Positions 10,652 through 20,237 of a stretch of 20,237 nucleotides of DNA are shown here, in pieces. The position numbers and the translations under genes are program-made. Position 1 is the first letter of the stretch. Each line of letters starts with the position of its first letter. The stretch spans positions 62,001 to 82,237 of the forward strand of contig JAVECL010000039.1 of NCBI GenBank assembly GCA_051942245.1, written 5' to 3'. Under the pieces are notes generated by a model that saw only the letters and a program-made list of their open reading frames with translations, had not been told where the DNA came from and did not search any database. The DNA is from Trypethelium eluteriae (taxonomy: Eukaryota).

Positions 10652-13401
10652 ATGTCTGAAGATGAGGAGGAACAGGATGCGCCTTCCAAATTTACGGAAT
10701 ATGCCCACCGCGATAGCGTGTGCTTTGCTCAACCCCGGCCATATATCGAAAGCCTTCCTGGGACCAAAGGCTTCCAAGACATTCTCTCACAACTGTATGC
10801 GCCGCTGGAGAGTAATGCGCTCCATGAGATGATTAATCTCAAATCGAGGCTACAGAACGCTACTTCAGATGAATTCTGGATGTCTATCACCGAAGGCCTA
10901 GCTCAATTGACTGGTGCTCAAATAGCTTTTGTCTCTAAACGCATCTTGTACGATGAGCATGATCTTGCGGTCGAGATGCCTCCGCTTGGTGAGCCTGGCT
11001 CTTGTTTGATGGCGTCGTCACTTTATTTCGAAGATGAAGCGGGCCATGGCGAAACCCAGCGCAACTGGAAATATCAGGCATTCCAATGCCCATGCGCAAG
11101 CATGAAGCACGACAAGGTCTTTCTTATTCCGGAACGATACAACGAATACGCGACGAATAATCCCAATAAGTTATCTTTGCCAGTCGAATCTTATCTTAGC
11201 CTTCCCTTGTTTGCCGATGGGAAATGCTTTGCACACTTTGGAGTGTTCTGGTCACCGAGCGGATCCGCCAATCGCAAATTAAGCTGGGGCTTTCTAGAGA
11301 TGATGCTGCACTCGGTTGAGGACATGATAATCCAGAGACTTCTTGAAGGAGACACTTTCATCAAGCGCCCCGTGAACCCAGCTAAGCAAGCAGAGCCAAA
11401 CAGAGTCATCCCTCACGAAGCAGTGACTCCTGCGCAATCCCTTAAACCGTACGCTCGCAGCCTATCACACGAACTCAGGACTCCGATGCAGGGCGTGGTG
11501 GGTATGCTTGATGTCATGTATGCTACCCTACAGGAGGCCTCTGAAGACCTAAAAGACCCACGATTCCGCAAAGTATTTGATCAACTCAAGAACAACATTG
11601 AGACAGTTCAAGGTAATTCCCTCTTTCGCTCTGAATCATGTCATGTACTAAGCTTCTGACAGATAGCTCGAGACGTGCTATGGAGGCAGCCGACAATGTT
11701 GTTCATGCCTATGATATGAATATGGGCGTCCCTGAAGTTCCAGAGAATGCTGTTCATTCGCTAAATGGTCAACGTGAAGACTCAGTCGAACCTGCGACTC
11801 AGGATAGAAGGCCAGATATAGTAATTTCGGGAAGCGACCTACCAATTGGAAATCGGAGTAATAAACGAAAGCGGGAGAGCATGGACTGGTACGAAGGGAC
11901 CTCACCCAAAATTCGTGCTATTGAAGCAGTGCCACCGTCTTCTGTTCACCAAAGAGTTCCTTCGGCTGTCAATCAGGCGCTGACTCAGCACATTCAGCCT
12001 TCAGGAAAACTCTACGCCGAGCCCAACATTCTGGAAGACGAGGTTGAGACCATGGAACACGACCTACAGCGATCAATTGCGCCTGGCCTTCGTCATACCA
12101 ATATTGGCGATATGCTTCAATACGTCGTCAATGATTCTCTTAAAGTCGGTGGGCGACCCGAAACCACAGTCGCACACCAGACTGAGACTGGCGAGATCAT
12201 TGAGGTTACCTCCATTGAGCCTGACACGACTGAGACGGTAAAGATTGTGGAATGGTCGGTTGATCCACAGCTCCCGGAATCGATATTAGGTAAGACATAA
12301 AAGTCACTAAAGTCCGGCATGAAAACTAACGATACAATAGTCGACGAGAAAGACCTCTCAAAAATGGTTTCCTGCGTTGTACTTAATGCGCTGAAGTTCA
12401 CAGACGAGGGTCGTGTCACCATCAGGGCGAGGCTGAGCTCGAGTTCCAGACATGTTGTTATTACCGTCGTTGACACTGGTCCTGGAATACCGGAAGACTT
12501 CCTCCCAAATCTGTTCAAGCCATTCTCTCAAGAAGACAGTACGCGGACGCGCAAAAGAGACGGTCTTGGTCTTGGACTGCTGGTAGCCAAAGGATTGTCA
12601 CGACGGCTCGGCGGTACTTTGACCTGCATTAGAGCTGACACCTCCGGCCCCCGGAAAGGTACCGAATTTGAGATGCGCGTCCCTGTCATCGCCGCCGCTC
12701 AGTCCAGATCTGGTTCGAACTCACCCGCTCCCAGTTGCTCCGCTACTGCCCACACTTCCATCGGCACGATCTCCTCTATGACCCCCGAAACTCCCAACTG
12801 GGACAGCCCCGAGATCTACGGCTCACGCCCTCCGCCTATGCGACGCTCGGCATCCAAGCAATCCCTCCACAGCGACTTCGCCCCACCCTATACCCCACCG
12901 ACTACCGCGCCCCGCCAATATCAGAATCATCGCACACGTCGCGGTACCAAGCGTCGGAAATTCGATAACCAACTCTCGTCTCATCACCCGCTCAACTTCC
13001 TCATCGCCGAGGACAACAAGATCAACCGCATGCTGCTGGCCAACATGCTGCGCAAGCTTGGGTATCCTACCGTCTACGAGGCCCATGACGGCACCGACGC
13101 GGTACGGCAGATGGAGATCCCCCGCCCCACCGGCGAGCAGATCGATGTCGTGCTCATGGATCTGTGGATGCCGCTAATGGACGGGTATGAGGCGACGGAG
13201 CGGATCCTTGGGATGGCGGGTAAGGGTGGAGTACCGCCGACGGTTTTGGCGGTGACGGCGGACGTAACGGAGGAGGCAATGGAGAGAGCGTGGAAGGTCG
13301 GGATGAAGGGGTTGATGACGAAGCCGTATAAGTTGGTGGATCTGGAGGGTTTGATCCGGGAGTACTGTGCAAGTACGAACGGCAGGATCGACGTGGCTTA
13401 A
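10652..13401 (+). CDS. Cytosolic hybrid histidine kinase (GAF-like N-terminus, HisKA, HATPase_c, receiver), ~882 aa; exons 10652-11612, 11663-12289, 12341-13401; tentatively fungal group VII type
   Basis: H-box SLSHELRTPMQGVVGML, N-box VLNALKFT, G1 DTGPGI, F-box LFKPFSQ and G2 GLGLGL. Receiver LIAEDNKINRMLL...DVVLMDLWMPLMDG...VTAD...KPY. Introns of 50 and 51 nt keep the frame. The group assignment is recalled, not verified. Confidence 0.93.
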
Positions 13402-13899
13402 TGTAATTATGTTATGCCAAGTGTGAATATCAGGATGAGTTGAGAGGAGAAGAAATAATATGAATTATCGCGTCGGCAGCGGTACCTCCGTACTTCAATG
13501 GAGTCAATAAGCCTTTACAAATACTTCTCAATACAATACTAGAAAGAGCTAGGATATGGATCTTGTATAAGTCGCAGTAACTTTGTTCGGCAATCGCAAG
13601 CTTAGTACGGCAGGCGGCAGTAGGATTGACGTTTGTTAATCGAATAGCGCTGTAGCCTTGAGACAAACGTCGCTGTGACAGCGTGCCAAAGCTTCGAACA
13701 TTAGCATTTACATGAAAGATGCTGTAAGATTGGACTGGTAGACCAATATTGATTTGACTAGTGAGGCCAGATTCTCCCCTGAAGAGTCCTAAGTACGATA
13801 AAAGGTAGACTTTGCAGCTGCTCAGCTATTGTGACACTTGCGTTTTGACCGTTCAAGTGTATGCCCCCACCAGCGACACGCACGGGAAGGCGCATGCTC

Positions 13900-16800
13900 T
13901 TACTTGATTTTCTTGTCTTCGATCGGCAACAGGCCTCTCTCGATGTCTTGAGACTTTCGAGGCCCAACAAGCCAAGTGAACCATATTTCCACCTTGTCCT
14001 CTAGCTATTGACAAATTTTCAGCATATGAAAAGTAGATGATCTTTGAGATAAAGAGATTTACCTACAGTTCGATATCTTTTGAAGACGATCCAAACGGTC
14101 AGGGTCAGGCCGAGTGTAGCAACAGCAAACACTAGATACCACCACCATGGCGGATTCATCGCGAGGACGTCGACGTTCATGCCGAACAAGCCCTGTCTAG
14201 AATTAACATCGTATGCAAGATGTGTAAGTACTCGGCTAGAAATAGCGTACGGATATAAAGATCAACGGGAGGAATATGAACTACAAAATCAGCAGAGATC
14301 AGCCACGATGTAAGGACTTAATGATCCGAATCCTTACGTTGATCCACGTCAGACGCTTTATACTACGGTTGAGTGTAGTTGACTTCTGGGCCTCTCGTAT
14401 GGAGGTGAGATTAAACTCCTAGCGAGTCGTTAGTGAGTCCATTTGGTTGAGACGAATGCGTGTATGCATGCATGTGACTGATATGGTGGGATTGGTGGAC
14501 GGAAGAAATCTCTAGCACGGAAAGGACCATTTTCCTTCCCTACAAGGTATTAGAAATACGGCTTACCAGCTGGACAAGTGTGGACGAGCTTTCATCAAGT
14601 TTATCGATCCTAGAATGGATAGTCCGCGCAAATTCTTCGATAGTCTCCGCGAGATCGTCAATAGCTGAGTCCTCATAGCCATACTTATCATAGTCTAGGC
14701 GAAATGACTGGGCTACTTCGACTTGGTTGTGAAGCAAGCGCCGAAGATCGATCCAAGTATTGGCGTCTTTTAGTAGACGGACGATCAGGTCAGGCTCTCT
14801 TCCGTTTGCGACAAGGATATCGCGGCGCTATAGGTTGTTGCCATTTGTGTCAATCGAATAGGCTTTCATATTAGGCTTCGAGGGGACAAGACCTACACAG
14901 CGAGTCAAGTGTCCCTCTATGGATTGGTACAGCTCCAACCATCCTCTCATAACATACCGAATCAAAGTCTGAAAGAATGCTGCGCCGCTTTCGGGAATTG
15001 AGCTAGTTGGAAGGGTGCTGAAGTGATCTTGTGATGTCCAACAATTCTTGCCGCGCGAGTCTGGGAGTGCCTGCATCGTCCAAGCTATTCTCATCTCTTT
15101 CTGACCCAACGTGAACAGCTTCTCCTCAGTAGTATTAGTTTGAACAGGAATCGTCGCTATCATCGAGTGACGATATAGTTGTTCCTCTTGTATAAGCGAG
15201 CGCTTGAATTCCAATAGCGTGTCCTGTGGGCACCGCTGCGGATCCAGAGAGGCGCTCGTTTGCCAAGAAGAGCAGTGACTAAACATACTAGATACTCAGA
15301 GTCAACGACGGAGATGGTTTCAATAAGTGAGCGGACGGAGTGTAAGGCAACTTACAATAAACGTGACCGAGGCTCAGAATAGGATGCAACCTCCGTTCTG
15401 AACTGCGGCAATGTGAGAAATCTTACCATTTTGTGCCCCGCCTTCTTTTTCGAGAGTTCCACGACATGCGAATCATTGAATCCGTAGACTTGTAACCAGT
15501 CATCAACAGTGATGTCCGTAACTTCAGCATCTGCAGTGTCGTTAAGTAGAAAATCGACGGCTTCCGTTTTTCTTTCTCGAAAGGCCAGCTGAATCGGAGT
15601 GCTCCCATCTCCATCCTTAGAATCGATGTTCACGCCGTTGGACAAAGCGGACTCCATTATGTCTAAATCGTTATGAAGAACACCAATGTGCAATGCTGTC
15701 CTCAACCGCAAACCCTTGATGTGTGGACCTGCCTCTTCAAGTAGTCTGCGAGCAAGAGTCTTCTCTCCTTTTGTTACCATCGTGGTAAAAGTCGTTCGAT
15801 CCGTAAGACTTAGCAGTTTCATAGCTTCCCCATGGTCTTTTTCGGTGGCACACCACAATGGCGTTCGGCCCTGAGAATCCTTTGCCGCTATTTTCTGGCC
15901 CTTCGCAAGTAGCAACTTAATCACAGGTGTCGATCCGAAGGACGCTGCAAGGTGAAGGCCGGTAATTTGCCTCGTCACCTTTTGGCTATAGCCTGGCTGC
16001 AACTGTCCGTCTCCCGAAGCGAACATTGTCTGGCTTGCAAAAGCTACTCGAGCCTGGTCCATCAGAAACGAACAGACTTCTTGTTCAAACAGAGACAATA
16101 TCTGTTCATCAAGATGATCACCCCAGTGTTGAGCAGCGTAGCGGCAGAACGGGAACATCCGTAACCTTGATTCGAACTCCTCGTCGCTTCCACAGAATCC
16201 TGTGCAGAATGCGTCAAAGCTCAGACAGTTTATGCAACATGTTGCGATGGTTTCATTAGTATCCAGACCACACTTATGTTGGTTTACCTGAAGATAGTTA
16301 CGGGCAGAGAAGTGGACTAGAGTGAAGATATCGTCCGTCCCTACGTACGCAACGAAACCTTGACATATGGCGACAATTTCTCCGATATCTAAAGCGTTTG
16401 TTTCGTCATATCGGGTTGAGCCGTTTTTGACTCCGAATGCATGCCAGAGCTCGATTGCTTTCAGGGATCTCTTTGCGAAGGTAAGCCAAGCCAGAACCTT
16501 CTTTGCCGCTTCTCTTTGCTCTTTGGGCAAAACCTGAATTCGTCCAAAATTCGTTTCCCAGAAATCGCCTGGGCACTCTGGTATGAAGTTTGATGTCGTA
16601 TTGTAATATGCAAGTTTAGTCCCAGCTCTGAAGGGAGTCTCAGGCCGAAGCTCTTGCAGTTGCAGGCGCGCAAGTGAAAACCTGAAAGGAATTAGCAAGT
16701 TTACTGAACCGTGCACGAAGTAACCTTCATTCCATAGGACACCTTTACTATTGATTCCTTGATCTCACTCCCAAGGAGCTCCCTCTGGCTTTGGTCGATA

Positions 16801-17501
16801 AAGCGAATCAGATCATTGGCCGTACCATTGATCTCCAAGGATGGGACTCCCATGAATTTGCTGACAATTTCGGAGAAGGAACGTGATGTAGCAAATAGGT
16901 TAACATTAGACTCGCTTTGTAGCACCAAGATATTCGAAAGGAATGCGTCTCGAGTGGGGCTTGGCAGCTCATCCAAGGCATCAATGACAATATAGACTTT
17001 AGACAGGGAAGTGGACATGGATCTCAGTACATCGAAAAGTTTTTCTTTCGAGGGCCGTGTCGACTGGTCCCGGTACAGGTCGAGCAGAATGGTTGGTAGA
17101 GAAGGCAGGCGCCCTCCTAGTTGCTTTAACAGACTTCGAAGAAGCTGACTCTGCTTTTGATCCTGGTGATAATTGCAATAAAAGATTGCGATCCCAATAT
17201 CTGTCTGGTCCCCGAACGTATCGAAGAGCCTATCTACGACCATTGAGGTGACGACAGATTTTCCTGAGCCTGGGACTCCAGGGCAGAACAACGTCTGCCC
17301 ATCATTGACCACCCAATTCCTAAGTTTTGGAGACTTGAGGAACCATTGGCCAGTGTCGGTCGCCCGTATGCTCCTAAGGTGACGCTGTCTTATTAGAGGG
17401 TTTTCTTCCGAAAGCCAGTGTAAAAGCCGATCTGCTTTAGTCCTCCTGCCCTTTTTCTTCTTCGGCACCCAGAGAATATCCTCGGATGATGGAACGGTCA
17501 T
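13900..17501 (-). CDS. NLR-like NACHT-ankyrin protein fused to a C-terminal CorA-like (GMN) membrane domain, ~1030 aa; exons 17501-16729, 16681-15356, 15287-14897, 14827-14567, 14418-14338, 14280-14251, 14192-14067, 14004-13900. Intron 1 donor is non-canonical, so it may be a pseudogene.
   Basis: Pre-NACHT LLHWLS...TGQWFL, Walker A GVPGSGKS (17279-17256), Walker B IVIDALDE, and winged-helix-type VLAWLTFAKRSL...LVHFSARNYL...YAAQHWGDH. About four ankyrin repeats (TGLHLAA, RTPLWCA, RTALHIG, STPIQLA). Then EFNLTSIREAQKS...SIKRLTWINFIFLPLIFISGLFGMNVDVL..PPWWWYLVFAVATLGLTLTVWIVFK. Introns 2-7 are canonical GT-AG and in frame. Confidence 0.85.
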
Positions 17502-18293
17502 GTCAGTTCATATTGGCTATGAAGAAGTCTCGCGTGCAGCCTTGTTCAATGCCGCTGTGGGTACTTGTAGGAAGCTGTCGCAGTGGCCCCACGCGCCAGG
17601 CAGAAAGGGCTTACACTGCACACTTCTTCCAATCACGTCACGTCTTCACCCAAAACCCCCAGTCGAGAGTATCCGATCTATTGAAAGACACATGATGTAG
17701 ATGCCGGTTGACATTGTAGGTGTTCACGCAATGAGTAGCTTACAGCATTCATCAAGGTTCCGTTGCTGGCCGTGCTGCAGAGATACGGACAAGAGACGAA
17801 GCGACCGCCGAGACTTGCTGGTAGACGATCAAGCGGGCATCGGGAGAACACGGAGCAGAACCCAGCAGAGACTCGTGCGAAGGAATAAGAGGGTCCTTCG
17901 TTAGGTTTGTATGTACGGACTGCTCTGTCCTACACAGTAGACTACTGTATGAGTCGAGAAGTCGAGATCGGCTTGACCTGATCCGCCCTCCGAGATCGCG
18001 CATCGACTTTAACCGTCACTTCTCGCTGCTCTTACCCACGCTTCGTGATGACTGCTTGTATCCAATTGGCGCTTCAAGCGACCTTTCGCCACTAGATTGG
18101 TGCCCAGAGCCAGAAATTGAAACTCCTGCTTAACAATACACAGTCAGTACTCATCGTGGTCCATGGAACTGGTATGCTCAACGATCGTATTCAATAGATA
18201 CAAGAACGTTCGCTAGGCTTCATCAGTTTCGTTGTAAATGCACTGATTATTTGAAAACATAATATAATGACCCCCTGAAACATCAAGCACCCA

Positions 18294-19340
18294 TTATTCA
18301 TCCTTCAGAATATCTCTAATCACTTCCTCAGTGTGGTCGATGCCAATGCCAAACTGGGAGGCTCCCTGATACTCCGTGAGCTTCGCATTCGGCAACCGCC
18401 TTGCCATGCCTCGCCCAATACCCACAGGCATCCTATGATCATCAGTCCCATACCACAGTCTCACTCCCGGAAACTCCACCTCCTCGAGCGTGAATTTCCA
18501 AGAGGATGTCATCAATCGTACATCCTCAGCGATTCCCTCCGTCCCCTCCCGAAAACTCTCTCTCAAGGCCTCAACCACAGTGAATAAAGCCTCCTCTTCC
18601 TCGAACATCTCCTGGCCCCCACGTGGTAAGCTTCCCAACCGCTTCCGAAGTGCCTCATGTAACACCGCCGGATCCGGATCCCGCGCCATCCTCCCCAGAT
18701 ACGCATCTAGCCATAGCCTCATCAGGCCAGACGATAATGCTGCCGCATTCCACGCAATCCGGTTCACCGCCCGCATCTGCCTCATCGTCCGCCAATCGAA
18801 CGGCCCCATGCCGGCCAAAACTCCAACTCCCCTCAGCTGCTCACGAGGCAGATACTGCGCACATGCCAACGCATACGGCGCCCCGGCCTCTACACCAACG
18901 ACACGGAAGCGTTCGATCCCCAGGTGATCCGCGAGCTGGGTGACATCGAGGGGCCACTGACTAAGCTTGCGACGAGGGTAAAACGTCGAGAGACCGATGC
19001 CTGGGCGATCGACACCGATGACACGGGCGCCAAGTCTCTGAGCAGCTGCGTCCCAGCTGGCGGCTTCGAGGCGGGAGGAAGCGAGGCTGTGGAAGTGGAA
19101 GAGGGCGGGGCCGGTGCGGGCGCCGTAGGCGGCGAAGCCGAGGGTGCGGCCGTCGAGGAGCGTCACGGTTTGGTGAGCGGAGGCGTCTTGGCCGGCATCG
19201 AGGGCGGTCTGGCCGATGGCGGTGGAGAGGGAGCGGTGGACGGGAGACAAGTGGTGAGAGATGAGGGGCAGAGGTATACGGTTGAGTCTTGGTGTGAGAC
19301 GCGATGGGTGAAAAGCGGAGGCGGGAAGCCGGCAGGGCAT
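18294..19340 (-). CDS. Alpha/beta-hydrolase fold protein (Abhydrolase_1 type), 348 aa, single exon, probable mitochondrial presequence, non-canonical catalytic residues
   Basis: LLDGRTLGFAAYG, FHSLASSRLEA, RVIGVDRPGIGLS, DVTQLADHLGIERFRVVGVEAGAPYALACA and VRLWYGTDD motifs. ATG at 19340; the N-terminus is Arg/Ser/Leu-rich and free of acidic residues. Confidence 0.9.
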   Translation of the reverse strand: MPCRLPASAFHPSRLTPRLNRIPLPLISHHLSPVHRSLSTAIGQTALDAGQDASAHQTVTLLDGRTLGFAAYGARTGPALFHFHSLASSRLEAASWDAAAQRLGARVIGVDRPGIGLSTFYPRRKLSQWPLDVTQLADHLGIERFRVVGVEAGAPYALACAQYLPREQLRGVGVLAGMGPFDWRTMRQMRAVNRIAWNAAALSSGLMRLWLDAYLGRMARDPDPAVLHEALRKRLGSLPRGGQEMFEEEEALFTVVEALRESFREGTEGIAEDVRLMTSSWKFTLEEVEFPGVRLWYGTDDHRMPVGIGRGMARRLPNAKLTEYQGASQFGIGIDHTEEVIRDILKDE

Positions 19341-19914
19341 ATTAAATATTATGTTTTCAAGTACCAATTAAAATGTACAGTTGGTAAGAAAGATAGAGAA
19401 CAAGAAGATACGAGACGAGGAAGATGCACCAAAGCAGAATGCTGCACAGAAATGAAATGCAGGCGACCTGGGGTATCTACCTGAGATGAAAATGTTTGAC
19501 ATTGCAAGGAACAGACGAGGTAAACATCAGCAACTTATCTTATATAGGGACGGTCTTGTACCTGGCCAAGCCATGCTGGCTTGAAATAGACAGATATGCA
19601 CATCTCCACGTGTGAGGATGTTGGGAGAGTGGAATAATTAAGGAAAGAGGTCTGACGTCAAATGTAGCCTCAATGCCAAATGACAAAAAGTATGGCCCTT
19701 TCGTGCATAGACCCTTGCCCTTCCATCTGGCATCATCTCCCCCAAAATTTTGGGAGACATTCTGCGACTCTGAGCAGCAAAACACCCGAATCCTCCAATT
19801 CCATTCGCACCGCGTCTCACCTTTTGTCACTCATTCGGCGGGGATGTTTGAGCCTTCTCGTCTTGCGATCTTTGGGCCGTTCGTACTTTTCTAAAGCCAA
19901 CAATTCTTTCTAAT

Positions 19915-20237
19915 ATGGATGATGACCCTGCCGTCGAACCGGAGCTCGATACCTTCAGCCTCCTACTCCCCCTTCCGTATCGCGTTGCATTGATCATTGT
20001 TCTCGGTGCGTTACATCCGAGTCCGATTATCCAATAACCCAGCTAATTCTCTATAGGCGTCTGGGCATGGGGCGCCAATCTCCAGTATCTCTCCCAACTC
20101 GGCATTGTACTCCAGCCCCCCTTTCTCCTTCCCACCTTCCTCACTGACACTCCATCCCATAGGACGTTCCCGCCCTAATCCGCTACCCCTCGCGAACCTC
20201 ACACACCGCACCCACGCACGCCCTCTCAACCCACCGC
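19915..20237 (+). CDS. ERD1: ERD1 (EXS family, ER protein retention/phosphate recycling), 5' partial; exons 19915-20005, 20057-20106, 20163->20237
   Basis: Spliced MDDDPAVEPELDTFSLLLPLPYRVALIIVLGVWAWGANLQYLSQLGIDVPALIRYP matches the recalled fungal Erd1 N-terminus. Two canonical introns with GCTAAT/ACTGAC branch points. The gene runs off the window. Confidence 0.88.

Noticed and set aside
17481..18003. Possible upstream coding exons giving the NLR an N-terminal effector (GTAAGC donors at 17614 and 17743)
   Set aside because: The frame before the 17614 donor has an in-frame TGA, the needed acceptor would be GAG, and I recognised no effector-like or amyloid-motif sequence. At most these are UTR introns.
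18490..19484. Long + strand ORFs (145, 106, 186 aa) opposite the hydrolase
   Set aside because: Antisense shadows of a GC-rich coding sequence, with no recognisable motifs.
1..20237. CRISPR arrays, transposons, RIP-degraded repeats, prokaryotic operons
   Set aside because: No repeat-spacer pattern, terminal repeats, transposase/RT motifs or AT-rich RIP tracts seen. The sequence is intron-containing fungal DNA.

Overview
Eukaryotic DNA from a filamentous ascomycete (Pezizomycotina-type short GT-AG introns with CTRAY branch points). I reconstructed ten intron-aware protein-coding genes by hand. In order: a DEK-C/SWIB protein (+), a securin-like protein (-), tropomyosin (+), Rrp17/Nop25 (-), Voa1/BIG1-type V-ATPase accessory protein (+), a secreted cupredoxin-like Ser/Thr-rich protein (+), a hybrid histidine kinase (+), an 8-exon NLR-like gene (-), an alpha/beta-hydrolase (-) and the 5' end of ERD1 (+). 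The most notable feature is the NLR-like gene (13900-17501). It encodes NACHT + ankyrin repeats fused to a C-terminal CorA-like two-TM GMN channel domain, with no N-terminal effector. It joins in frame only if intron 1 uses a non-canonical GAAGGT donor. The neighbouring hydrolase appears to have lost its catalytic Ser and His. I found no RNA genes, transposons or CRISPR arrays. Family calls come from recalled motifs, not database searches.
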